Assembly (NCBI GenBank): GCA_043822065.1
Contig: JBDRCC010000016.1
Coordinates: 1 to 38,334 of the forward strand
Direction: 5' to 3'
Origin: an archaeon
GTDB lineage: Archaea; Undinarchaeota; CAZHTU01; JBDRCC01
DNA length: 38,334 nt
Shown: in pieces, positions 25,088 through 33,718 of the stretch
How positions within the stretch are numbered: the stretch's first letter is position 1
How the letters are laid out: each line of letters begins with the position of its first letter
The notes under the pieces: generated by a model
What the model was told of the DNA's origin: nothing
Database searches by the model: none
The model's input: only the letters and a program-made list of their open reading frames with translations
Program-made: the position numbers and the translations under genes

Positions 25088-27544
25088 ATGCGTTTTAGGT
25101 TGGGTGGTTTTGAAATAGCCCTTATTCTGTCTGCAGCCTGTTCCCAGCTTTTTGCAGGGGGGATAGCTATACTCCCCTTAGCCATAATTACCGCGCTCTA
25201 TCTCGCAAAAGGAAAGGCAGACGAGAGCAAGCTTATACTGATGGCACTGTTCGCAATTTTTATACCCCAGCCATCGTTCTTGCTGTACTTTGTTATCCTA
25301 TTTCCAGTTGGCTACGTCCTCACGCATTTTTTTGGCTCCGAGCTGACTTTTCTTGAGAGGCTCCTCGTTTCGTTCCCGCTTACCCTGCTATTTTTTATAC
25401 CTATCCAGCTCCTCTCCTACTTAAATTTCCCAATATCGACCGGGCTGATGCTATTTGTCGTTTCAATCGCCCCCTTGTCATTTCTCTACTTTAATCACAA
25501 AAGAGTCGCCACAGAGATTAAGCATCTCGCCAAGCTTCGGCTGAAGATTGACTCTGACCTGTTAGCCGCGCTCATCATACTGATATTTACAATCCTCGTA
25601 TGGTCTCCCCTCCTTACCGAGGCCGCCATTCCAAGGACGGCCGGGGCTGGCTACTACGCGTATGTTGCTGTTTTTGAGGAGCGGATAAACAACTTTCATT
25701 CCGTCCCCCTGTGGGACCACTACCAGAACCTCGGGTTCGCGATATTCACATTTGACAGCTTAGTTTACTTTTACACAGTCGGCTACGTGGATATGCTAAA
25801 TCCGCTCCTTAACCTCACTGGCGACTTCAATTGCCTCTTCTTCCTAAGCATGTTCCTTCTCGGCCTCAGCATATATGCCCTCTCCAAGCGGGTAGGCTTT
25901 GCAACCTATCCCTCCGTGCTTCCTGCGCTTTTTTTCCTTTCAAACCCATATCTCTCGCGCCTCGGAATATTTACCGGCTACAGCAAGACCTTCTTTGCAT
26001 TCGCCTGGGCGCCTCTCATAATCATTCTATTCATGATTGCTGCGAAAAACGCGAAATACTTCCTATTGGCTGCGCTTCTTGCAGTGACAATGTTTATGTC
26101 CCACCAGCACGTCATCATCCAGGCTGGGGCCCTTGCTTTCCTTTACTATCTCCTCACAAACCTTTCTGGAAAAAAACTAATCCCTAACTCGGACCTGAAG
26201 TACCTTCTCCCTGCTGCGGCGCTCTTTGTGGGTGTACTCTCCTTTTACATAGTCCCTGCGCTTGCCTACATGAAGGGCCACACCCTCCTTGGCGAATATC
26301 CTTACTACACCCTCAAGAATTTCCTATTGCAGTTCTTAAGAGAGTCAAAAGGAATTGACAGCAACGCAGGCATAGGGCTTACTGCGTGCGCGTTTGCTGG
26401 AATTGCGGGCTACTACTCAAAAAAGAGGGAGCGGGCTCTTGCACTCCTGTTTGCCTCCCTTCTCATTCTAACTGCGCTTTACTACCTGCCGGGGGTAAGC
26501 CAGTACTACAACAAGACAATCGACATAGAAAAGCTGGAGCTTGTCTGGCTGCTCGTATTCTCAATATCCGTCCCTGGCATATTTGCCATTACGAAAGACA
26601 AAAAGCTGCGCGGTGCAATCTTTTTCATCCTGCTCATAGTGGTGGGGTACTATGCCGCAGAAACCCAAGCAAAAAACAAGGAATGGGTGTCGGAGCAGTT
26701 CCAGAACGGCCAGATAATGACGGCTGAAATGGACTTCCTCAAGACGCTGCCCCCTGCTAGGTTCCTGACGTATGGCGTCTTTTCACCTGTGATTGACCAG
26801 ATAATCCCGCTCTTTACTGGCAAGCCTGCCGTCGGCAATGCAAACAGGATGGCTCAGCAGACAAACATCTACTTCTACAAAGTCCACAGCATAATGACGG
26901 AATCCGTGCCGGAGGGTGCAACCCTCGAATACGTCTTGAACGTCCTGAGGCAGTCTTGGGCGGGATACATCGTACTAAACGCCTGCACGCCGTCTGGCTT
27001 TGAGGTATTCAATATCTTCAAGGAAAGCACAGTCCCAGCAATATATTTCGACCAGCAGTGCATGCTCATACTAAACCCAAATCCCGGCGCATTTGCCGAA
27101 AAAGTCGCACTCTCAAAAGTAAGCCTGACCGAAAAGGAGCTCTACGACACACCGGGCGCGTATAAGGTAGCTGACTTCAGGTATCGGCAGCCCGGCGACA
27201 GTTTTGATTACCAGATAAAATTCCCTGCTGACGTCTCTTTGGTGCCTGAGCCGGTTGAGCTGCAGTTCTCCCGCCCTTCGCCAGAGGAAATCCACATCTA
27301 CGGCGATTTCAAAAAAGGCGACTGGGTCCTTGTCAAGGAGGAGGAATTCCCGCGCTGGAGGGCGTATACTGGCGGGAAAGAGCTGCGGGTTGAAATGTCC
27401 AACCTTGGCTTGATGCTAATCCAGGCGGAGACTGGCAATGAAATAACTTTGCTCCACAAACCAGCACCCTTCGAAGTGCTTTTGGCAGCCATAAGCACAA
27501 TTTTGCTCCTCTCAGTTTTTTTAGCATTGAGGGGCAAAGAATAA
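25088..27544 (+). CDS. Large GT-C/YfhO-like membrane protein with an N-terminal DUF1616-like module
   Basis: PLWDHYQNLGF, many TMs, SHQ, a YfhO-like C-terminus (LVKEEEFPRWRAY..SNLGLMLI) and a terminal TM. Confidence 0.75.
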   Translation: MRFRLGGFEIALILSAACSQLFAGGIAILPLAIITALYLAKGKADESKLILMALFAIFIPQPSFLLYFVILFPVGYVLTHFFGSELTFLERLLVSFPLTLLFFIPIQLLSYLNFPISTGLMLFVVSIAPLSFLYFNHKRVATEIKHLAKLRLKIDSDLLAALIILIFTILVWSPLLTEAAIPRTAGAGYYAYVAVFEERINNFHSVPLWDHYQNLGFAIFTFDSLVYFYTVGYVDMLNPLLNLTGDFNCLFFLSMFLLGLSIYALSKRVGFATYPSVLPALFFLSNPYLSRLGIFTGYSKTFFAFAWAPLIIILFMIAAKNAKYFLLAALLAVTMFMSHQHVIIQAGALAFLYYLLTNLSGKKLIPNSDLKYLLPAAALFVGVLSFYIVPALAYMKGHTLLGEYPYYTLKNFLLQFLRESKGIDSNAGIGLTACAFAGIAGYYSKKRERALALLFASLLILTALYYLPGVSQYYNKTIDIEKLELVWLLVFSISVPGIFAITKDKKLRGAIFFILLIVVGYYAAETQAKNKEWVSEQFQNGQIMTAEMDFLKTLPPARFLTYGVFSPVIDQIIPLFTGKPAVGNANRMAQQTNIYFYKVHSIMTESVPEGATLEYVLNVLRQSWAGYIVLNACTPSGFEVFNIFKESTVPAIYFDQQCMLILNPNPGAFAEKVALSKVSLTEKELYDTPGAYKVADFRYRQPGDSFDYQIKFPADVSLVPEPVELQFSRPSPEEIHIYGDFKKGDWVLVKEEEFPRWRAYTGGKELRVEMSNLGLMLIQAETGNEITLLHKPAPFEVLLAAISTILLLSVFLALRGKE

Positions 27545-27552
27545 TTATATAA
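27536..27552 (+). promoter_or_regulatory. Archaeal BRE/TATA for the rfbF operon
   Basis: AAAGAATAA-TTATATAA (TATA at 27545-27552) about 25 nt before ATG 27577. Confidence 0.6.
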
Positions 27553-27576
27553 CGCCTAAACCTGTAAACTATCAAT

Positions 27577-28350
27577 ATGAAGGACCTGCAAGCCGTCATA
27601 CTCTGCGGGGGGAAGGGAACCCGCCTCAGGGAAGAGACTGAATACAAGCCCAAGCCAATGGTGCCAATCGGCGGAATGCCAATACTGTGGCACATAATGA
27701 AAACCTACTCCAATTACGGCGTGCGGCGATTCGTCCTCTGCCTTGGGTACAAAGGCGAGATGATTAAGGAATACTTCATGAATTTTGGCTGGATGAGCAA
27801 CGACTTTTCACTCAAGACACAGTCCAAGATGGAATACGTCACCCACAAGGACTTGGAGGACTGGGAAATAGTATTCGCTGACACCGGCATTGAAACGCCT
27901 ACCGGGGGCAGGATAAAAAAGATAGAAAAACATATCGATGGGGATAATTTCTTCGCAACCTATGGGGATGGAGTGTCAAACATTAATATCACCACCCTTA
28001 GAGACCACCACGTGAAAATGGGGAAAATAGGCACCCTTACTGCAGTCCACCCAACCTCACAGTTTGGGGTCGTAGAGCTTGAAAACGGGCTGGTGAAGTC
28101 TTTCAAGCAAAAGCCGCGCCTGGAAGGCATAATAAACGGCGGCTTCTTCGCCTTTAAGACTGATTTCTTCGACTATGTCAAGGAAGAATCCGTGCTCGAG
28201 GAGGATCCCCTGCTTTCGCTCGTCAAAAAACGCCAGCTAGCCGCTTACCACCACACAGACTTTTGGCACTGCATGGACACTTTCAAAGACGTAACTGCCC
28301 TGAACCAGATGTGGGACTCTGGCAACCGGCCATGGGTGGTGTGGAAATGA
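27577..28350 (+). CDS. rfbF: Glucose-1-phosphate cytidylyltransferase
   Basis: ILCGGKGTRLREETEYKPKPMV, PILWHIMK, LGYKG..IKEYF, DTG..T.TGGRIK, TYGDG, INGGFF, FWHCMDT, PW. Confidence 0.95.
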   Translation: MKDLQAVILCGGKGTRLREETEYKPKPMVPIGGMPILWHIMKTYSNYGVRRFVLCLGYKGEMIKEYFMNFGWMSNDFSLKTQSKMEYVTHKDLEDWEIVFADTGIETPTGGRIKKIEKHIDGDNFFATYGDGVSNINITTLRDHHVKMGKIGTLTAVHPTSQFGVVELENGLVKSFKQKPRLEGIINGGFFAFKTDFFDYVKEESVLEEDPLLSLVKKRQLAAYHHTDFWHCMDTFKDVTALNQMWDSGNRPWVVWK

Positions 28351-29321
28351 ACTGGCAGAACAAAAACGTCCTGATAACCGGCGCAAGCGGCATGCTTGGC
28401 TCGCAGCTAACGAGCGACCTTCTGGGCAGGCGGGCAAATGTCGTCGCCATAATGCGCGACTGGGTCCCAACCTCAGAGCTCGTTAAGTCAGACAATTTTA
28501 ACAAAGTATCAGTCGTCCATGGAAACCTTGAGGACTACCATTTAGTTGAGCGGGTCTTCAACGAATACGAGGTTGAATGCTGCTTCCATCTCGCGGCCCA
28601 GACAATAGTCGGAACAGCCAACCGCTCCCCGCTTTCTACGTTCGACTCAAACCTAAAGGGGACTTGGAACATCCTCGAAGCCGCTAGAAACAGCAGGCTG
28701 CTCGAAAAGCTTGTAGTCGCGTCAAGCGATAAGGCATACGGAACCCAGGAAAAGCTGCCCTACACTGAAGATTCCCCTTTGCGGGCAAGTCATATCTACG
28801 ACGTCTCAAAGACTTGCACCGACCTAATCGCCCAGGCATACTACAACACCTACTCCCTGCCAGTGGGGATTACGCGCTGCGGGAACATTTTCGGGCAGGG
28901 CGACCTTAACTTCAACAGGATAGTCCCGGGCACGATACGCTCAGTGCTGATGAAGGAGCGGCCAATAATACGGAGCGACGGCAAGTTCGTGCGCGACTAC
29001 TTCTACGTCAAGGACGCATCCGTTGCGTGCATGGCTCTCGCCGAGGGGCTTGAAAACAAGCGAAACTGGGGGCAAGCGTTCAACTTCAGCAATGAAGAGC
29101 CAACGGCTGTCCTAGAGATAGTTCAAAAGATACTCAAACTTATGAACTCTAAGCTAAAGCCCGTTGTACTAAACCAGGCGAGCGGGGAGATAAGGGAGCA
29201 GTACCTTTCCAGCAAAAAGGCAAGGTCTGTCCTCGGCTGGAAGCCAAAATATACTCTCGAGGCTGGAGTGAAAGAGACAATAGGATGGTATAGGGCTTTT
29301 TTCAAGGGTGCAGCAAAGTGA
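28347..29321 (+). CDS. rfbG: CDP-glucose 4,6-dehydratase-like SDR
   Basis: TGASGMLG, HLAAQTIV, ASSDKAYG, YDVSK, TRCGNIFGQGD..RIVP. Directly follows rfbF with an ATGA overlap at 28347. Confidence 0.85.
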   Translation: MNWQNKNVLITGASGMLGSQLTSDLLGRRANVVAIMRDWVPTSELVKSDNFNKVSVVHGNLEDYHLVERVFNEYEVECCFHLAAQTIVGTANRSPLSTFDSNLKGTWNILEAARNSRLLEKLVVASSDKAYGTQEKLPYTEDSPLRASHIYDVSKTCTDLIAQAYYNTYSLPVGITRCGNIFGQGDLNFNRIVPGTIRSVLMKERPIIRSDGKFVRDYFYVKDASVACMALAEGLENKRNWGQAFNFSNEEPTAVLEIVQKILKLMNSKLKPVVLNQASGEIREQYLSSKKARSVLGWKPKYTLEAGVKETIGWYRAFFKGAAK

Positions 29322-29767
29322 TAGACGGCGTCAAGACAAAACCCCTCAAGCAGATAGTGGATGAGCGCGGCAAGGTCGGGCACATCATGCGCAAAGACGA
29401 CGAAATATTCGAGAAGTTCGGTGAGGTCTACCTTACTGTAGGGAATCCTGGCATTGTCAAGGGATGGCATTACCACAAGACGCAGACGGATAACTTTGCC
29501 GTAGTCAAAGGTCTTATGAAGCTAGTGCTCTACGACAGCAGAAAAAACTCTCCCACAAAGGGCGAACTAAATGAGTTTCTTGTCGGCGACGAAAACCATC
29601 AGCTTGTCAAGATACCTCCTGGCGTTGTGCACGGCTTCACGGCGATAGGCGCCGAGCCTGCGTATGCCATAAATGTCTGCACAGAAGTCTACAACCCAGA
29701 GGATGAGTTCCGGATTGACCCCTACAAAAACGACATACCCTACGACTGGAAGCTGGAAGAAGGATGA
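29318..29767 (+). CDS. rmlC: NDP-4-keto-6-deoxyhexose 3,5-epimerase (RmlC-like cupin)
   Basis: DERG, KGWHYH, YDSRKNSPT, IPPGVVHGF, Y.P.DE; GTGA overlap. Confidence 0.88.
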   Translation: MIDGVKTKPLKQIVDERGKVGHIMRKDDEIFEKFGEVYLTVGNPGIVKGWHYHKTQTDNFAVVKGLMKLVLYDSRKNSPTKGELNEFLVGDENHQLVKIPPGVVHGFTAIGAEPAYAINVCTEVYNPEDEFRIDPYKNDIPYDWKLEEG

Positions 29768-30639
29768 AGCGTGTCATCGTCACTGGTGCATCTGGGTTCA
29801 TAGGCAGAAAAATTCTTGAGGCATTTGCAGGGAGGTACGAGCTGTACGGGACCTACTTTGGGTCAGCCGCTCCGAATCTCGACTTCCTCGACATTCGGGA
29901 CAAAACTGCAGTTCTTGAGTACTTTTCCAAGATAAAGCCGGCTATCGTCATACACTGCGCAGCAGTGCCAAACGTCAACTACTGCGAGACGAATCCTGAC
30001 CTCTGTCGGCAGGTTAACGTCGACGGCACGATAAACGTCGTAGAGGCGTCAAAACTCAACAGTTCCAAAATGGTCTTTATGTCAACTGATTACATCTTTG
30101 ACGGAAAGGATGGGCCGTACTCAGAGGAATCAAAGCCGAACCCCCTGAACAACTACGGGAGGATGAAGATAGACTGCGAGCAGCACATAACTGCCAAGCT
30201 TTCCGACTATCTGATAATACGGACTACCAACGTTTTTGGCTGGGGCCAAAATTCAAAAAACTTTGCTATGTTCCTCATTTCAAAGCTCAAGGCAGGGGAA
30301 AAAGTTTATGTTGCAGAGGACCAATACGGCAACCCCACTTTGGTGGACAACCTTGCCCAGGCAATCCTTGAGCTCGTAGACCGTGGCAAGCAGGGCGTAT
30401 ACAATATAGTGGGCCCAGAAAATTTGAACCGGTACGAGTTCTCTTTGAGGATTGCGAAAGCTTTTAATCTCAATGCTCGATTAGTAGTTCCACGCAAAAC
30501 TGAACAGCTGGCTCAGCCAGCGCCCAGGCCAAAGCACTCTGGCTTCATTACCGACAAAGCATCACGAGAGCTAAAAACCAAGCTGCTTAACACTGACGCC
30601 GGGCTATCTGTCATGAAACGCCAAATGGATGTGAAATGA
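29764..30639 (+). CDS. rmlD: NDP-4-dehydrorhamnose reductase (RmlD-like SDR)
   Basis: TGASGFIG, HCAA..NVNYCE, STDYIFDG, PLNNYGRMK, DQYGNPT, APRP. Confidence 0.9.
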   Translation: MKRVIVTGASGFIGRKILEAFAGRYELYGTYFGSAAPNLDFLDIRDKTAVLEYFSKIKPAIVIHCAAVPNVNYCETNPDLCRQVNVDGTINVVEASKLNSSKMVFMSTDYIFDGKDGPYSEESKPNPLNNYGRMKIDCEQHITAKLSDYLIIRTTNVFGWGQNSKNFAMFLISKLKAGEKVYVAEDQYGNPTLVDNLAQAILELVDRGKQGVYNIVGPENLNRYEFSLRIAKAFNLNARLVVPRKTEQLAQPAPRPKHSGFITDKASRELKTKLLNTDAGLSVMKRQMDVK

Positions 30640-31511
30640 ACAAGCAAAAATGCAATATCTGCGGTTCGAGCAAGTCTGAAGTGCTTATCGACCGCGGCGA
30701 TTACAAATTCGTTAAGTGCAAGGATTGCGACCTCATATACACTTTCCCCCAGCCGTCCTCAAAAACCCTTGACAAATTGTACTGCAAGGGCTATTTCAGG
30801 CGGGCAGCGGCAGTTGGCAAGTCCTTCAGGGATTACACAGTAGGTGTTGATGAGTACCTCAAAGTATTCAGGCGGAGGGCTAAAATAATATCGAAATACA
30901 AGAAAACTGGAGACATATTGGACGTTGGCTGCGCAATCGGATGCTTTTTAGAAGTGATGAAGGACCGCGGCTGGCACGTGTCCGGTGTGGACCTCTCGAA
31001 AGATGCAGTAGACTACTGCAAACAGCGATTTGGAGTAGAGGCTTTCAATGGGCCTCTCCAGGATGCAGGATTCAAAGAAAAGCAGTTTGATGTGATAACT
31101 CTTTGGGGCATCCTTGAGCACATGCGAGATCCAAATGCCGAGCTCGAGTACATGCGCACGCTCCTTAAGGACGATGGAATCCTCTTTGTCGAGACGCCTG
31201 ACATTGAAAGCTTTATGTTCCAGCTCTTAGAGAGCAAATGGCCGCACATGAAGCCAGAACACCTTTACCACTTCTCGAACAAGACTCTCGGCCAGCTGCT
31301 GAACTCAAAGGGTTTTGACGTATTGCGCGTTACTCGGCAGCATACTGGAAAGTACGTAGACATAGATTATCTCTTACACAGGGTCAAAAGCATAAATCCC
31401 CTCCTCTACCGCCTGCTTAGCCCCCTGCGCATAATTTCCCCCCTTAGCTTTTACATAAACCTCCGCGATGAGATGCTGTTCATTGCAAAAAAGAAGGAGA
31501 GCACGACTTGA
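30636..31511 (+). CDS. Class I SAM-dependent methyltransferase with an N-terminal zinc ribbon
   Basis: CNIC...CKDC, LDVGCAIG, GVD, LEHM.DP, ETP, PEHLYHFS. Confidence 0.88.
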   Translation: MNKQKCNICGSSKSEVLIDRGDYKFVKCKDCDLIYTFPQPSSKTLDKLYCKGYFRRAAAVGKSFRDYTVGVDEYLKVFRRRAKIISKYKKTGDILDVGCAIGCFLEVMKDRGWHVSGVDLSKDAVDYCKQRFGVEAFNGPLQDAGFKEKQFDVITLWGILEHMRDPNAELEYMRTLLKDDGILFVETPDIESFMFQLLESKWPHMKPEHLYHFSNKTLGQLLNSKGFDVLRVTRQHTGKYVDIDYLLHRVKSINPLLYRLLSPLRIISPLSFYINLRDEMLFIAKKKESTT

Positions 31512-32797
31512 AACCCACTTTAATTGTCGGAGGCGGCTTCTCCGGATTAGTCCTTGCAGACATGCTTCTTGACAAGGGGAAGAACGTAATCGTAGTGGAA
31601 AAAGAGCGCACGTTAGGCGGTCTTGGGAAGTCCTACGACTATCGCGGCTATAAGTTCGACGTCGGGCCCCATATGTTCTTTATCGCAGACGAGGCTTTTG
31701 GAAAGCTCATAAATGATGTCCTTGGTGACGGAATAATAAAATTAAAGGGCTACAGCGGAGTCTGGCTTTTTGGCAGGTACTTTGACTGGCCGCTCCGCGT
31801 TGATGTTGTTTTGAATCTCCCCCCCAGAATAATACTTGGGGTTTTAAAAGACCTCATATACCGGAAGAAATTCAGCGGAGATGATTTCAGGGCGTATATG
31901 CTTAACAAATACGGGCGAACCCTCTACGACGTCGATTTTAAGCCGTACACCGAAAAGTTTCTTGGCTTAAAGTGCGATGAGCTGCACTCTGACTGGGCTA
32001 AGGCAGGCGTCAACCGCCAGACCATAAGCAAAGCCAGGGTTGACAGCCTATTTTCCCTCATGAAAGCAACGTTCAAGCCTTCAACAATAGACTTGTATCA
32101 TGCAAAGCACGGAAACGGCGAGCTTATCGAGAAACTTGCCCTGAGAATACGCAAAAAGGGCGGCAAAATACTGACTGGTGCAACTATCTCTAAGGTGCAG
32201 TTTTCCAAAGATGCCGTGGCTGCAGTTAATCTGAAGGGCAAAACAGTCCCAGTTGAGCGCCTTGTGTGGACCGCCCCGTTTTCAGAGATTTTTCCGCTTT
32301 TTGGCATGGACACGCCGCAGCTCAGCTACTTGAACCTAATACTTTTCAACATAGAACTAAACAGCAGCCCTAAGCTAGACTATGAGTGGACCTACTACCC
32401 CCCAAGCGACATTATCTTTAACAGGGTAACAAATGTCCCTTTGTTTGGCGACAATCTTGCGCCCCCTGGCAAAGGCGCATTGTGTGTTGAGGTAAGCTGT
32501 CTCCCTACAGACCCAATTTGGAACAACCCGCAAAAAATTCTTAAGAAAGTCGTGGATGATCTCATAAAAGTCAGATTTGTAGGGGCGGCTTCGCAAATAA
32601 AAGCTGTGCATATAGAAAAGATAGAACACGCTTACCCGCTTTACAAGCTAGATTACCGAGAAACCCTCCACGCCTGCCAGGCAAAGCTTTCAAAATACAA
32701 TAACCTCCACATGGCGGGGCGCAGCGGCACATTCTGGTATGCCAATATGCACCATTTATACCCAGAGCTAAGAAAACTTGCGGAAGAGCTATCCTGA
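31508..32797 (+). CDS. FAD-dependent oxidoreductase, protoporphyrinogen oxidase/UDP-galactopyranose mutase-like
   Basis: VGGGFSGL, EK..LGGL, FDVGPHMFF, YTEKF.G, AYP, GRSGTFWYANM; TTG start. Confidence 0.85.
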   Translation: MKPTLIVGGGFSGLVLADMLLDKGKNVIVVEKERTLGGLGKSYDYRGYKFDVGPHMFFIADEAFGKLINDVLGDGIIKLKGYSGVWLFGRYFDWPLRVDVVLNLPPRIILGVLKDLIYRKKFSGDDFRAYMLNKYGRTLYDVDFKPYTEKFLGLKCDELHSDWAKAGVNRQTISKARVDSLFSLMKATFKPSTIDLYHAKHGNGELIEKLALRIRKKGGKILTGATISKVQFSKDAVAAVNLKGKTVPVERLVWTAPFSEIFPLFGMDTPQLSYLNLILFNIELNSSPKLDYEWTYYPPSDIIFNRVTNVPLFGDNLAPPGKGALCVEVSCLPTDPIWNNPQKILKKVVDDLIKVRFVGAASQIKAVHIEKIEHAYPLYKLDYRETLHACQAKLSKYNNLHMAGRSGTFWYANMHHLYPELRKLAEELS

Positions 32798-33718
32798 CAT
32801 CCAGTCTACCATCTTCTTTATCCCAGACCCTATGTTGACCATAGGCGAGTAACCAAGCCCCTTCTGCGCTTTTGTTATGTCTGCCAGGGTCTCAGCCACG
32901 TCCCCCTTGCTTGGCGGCAGGTACTCTATCCCCGCTTTCTTGCCGAGCGCATCCATTATTACGCCGAGGAGGTCATTGACCGATATATTGCTCCCCCCGC
33001 CGATGTTGAACGCGTCCCCTGAAAACCTTTTTTTGGACGCCAGGACTGTGCCTTCAACTATGTCCGAAACATAGGTAAAATCCCGCGTTTGAGTGCCGTC
33101 CCCAAAAACAATTGGCTTCTCTGCGCGCTTAATCTGCCATATGAACTTGCGTATGGCCATATCCGGCCTCTGCCTAGGGCCATAGACTGTAAAATACCTA
33201 AGGCTGCAAACACCCATACCATATGTTCTTGCGTAAAACCTGCAATAGTGCTCCGCAACTATCTTGCTAACTCCATAGGGGGATATCGGGTTTGTGTCCT
33301 GCTCCTCCCTCATCGGAAGCGTTTTCACGTTGCCGTACACAGAAGACGACGATGCGTTCACCATTCGCTCGACATCACACTCTCTCGCAGCCTCCAGAAC
33401 ATTTAGCGTGCCCAGGGCGTTTATCTCGTTAACTTCCGCAGGATGGTCAAGAGAGTACCTTACGCCTGGCTGCGCCGCCAAATGGAATATCGTGCTGCAG
33501 CCTCTTGCGCACTTGAGGACAGATTCCGTCTTTAGTATGTCCCCCCTAAACAGCTCGCAATTTTTTTTAGAAAGGCAGTTTTCTATGTTTTTTTCTTTCC
33601 CGGAATAGTACCTGCTAAAATTATCCAGTATCCTTACATCGTGGCCTGCGTTCAGCAATTGCTCACAGAGGTGGGACCCTATAAAGCCGGCCCCGCCAGT
33701 CACCATTATCTCAGCCAT
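32789..33718 (-). CDS. NAD-dependent epimerase (UDP-glucuronate 4-epimerase-like SDR)
   Basis: TGGAGFIGSH, HLAAQPGVRYS, ASSSSVYG, PYGVSK, YFTVYGPRQRPDMA, GDV..T.ADI. Start moved to ATG 33718. Confidence 0.9.
   Translation of the reverse strand: MAEIMVTGGAGFIGSHLCEQLLNAGHDVRILDNFSRYYSGKEKNIENCLSKKNCELFRGDILKTESVLKCARGCSTIFHLAAQPGVRYSLDHPAEVNEINALGTLNVLEAARECDVERMVNASSSSVYGNVKTLPMREEQDTNPISPYGVSKIVAEHYCRFYARTYGMGVCSLRYFTVYGPRQRPDMAIRKFIWQIKRAEKPIVFGDGTQTRDFTYVSDIVEGTVLASKKRFSGDAFNIGGGSNISVNDLLGVIMDALGKKAGIEYLPPSKGDVAETLADITKAQKGLGYSPMVNIGSGIKKMVDWMSG

Noticed and set aside
28263-28346. Extended start of the rfbG ORF
   Set aside because: It overlaps the rfbF C-terminus. The ATGA junction at 28347 gives a normal SDR N-terminus.
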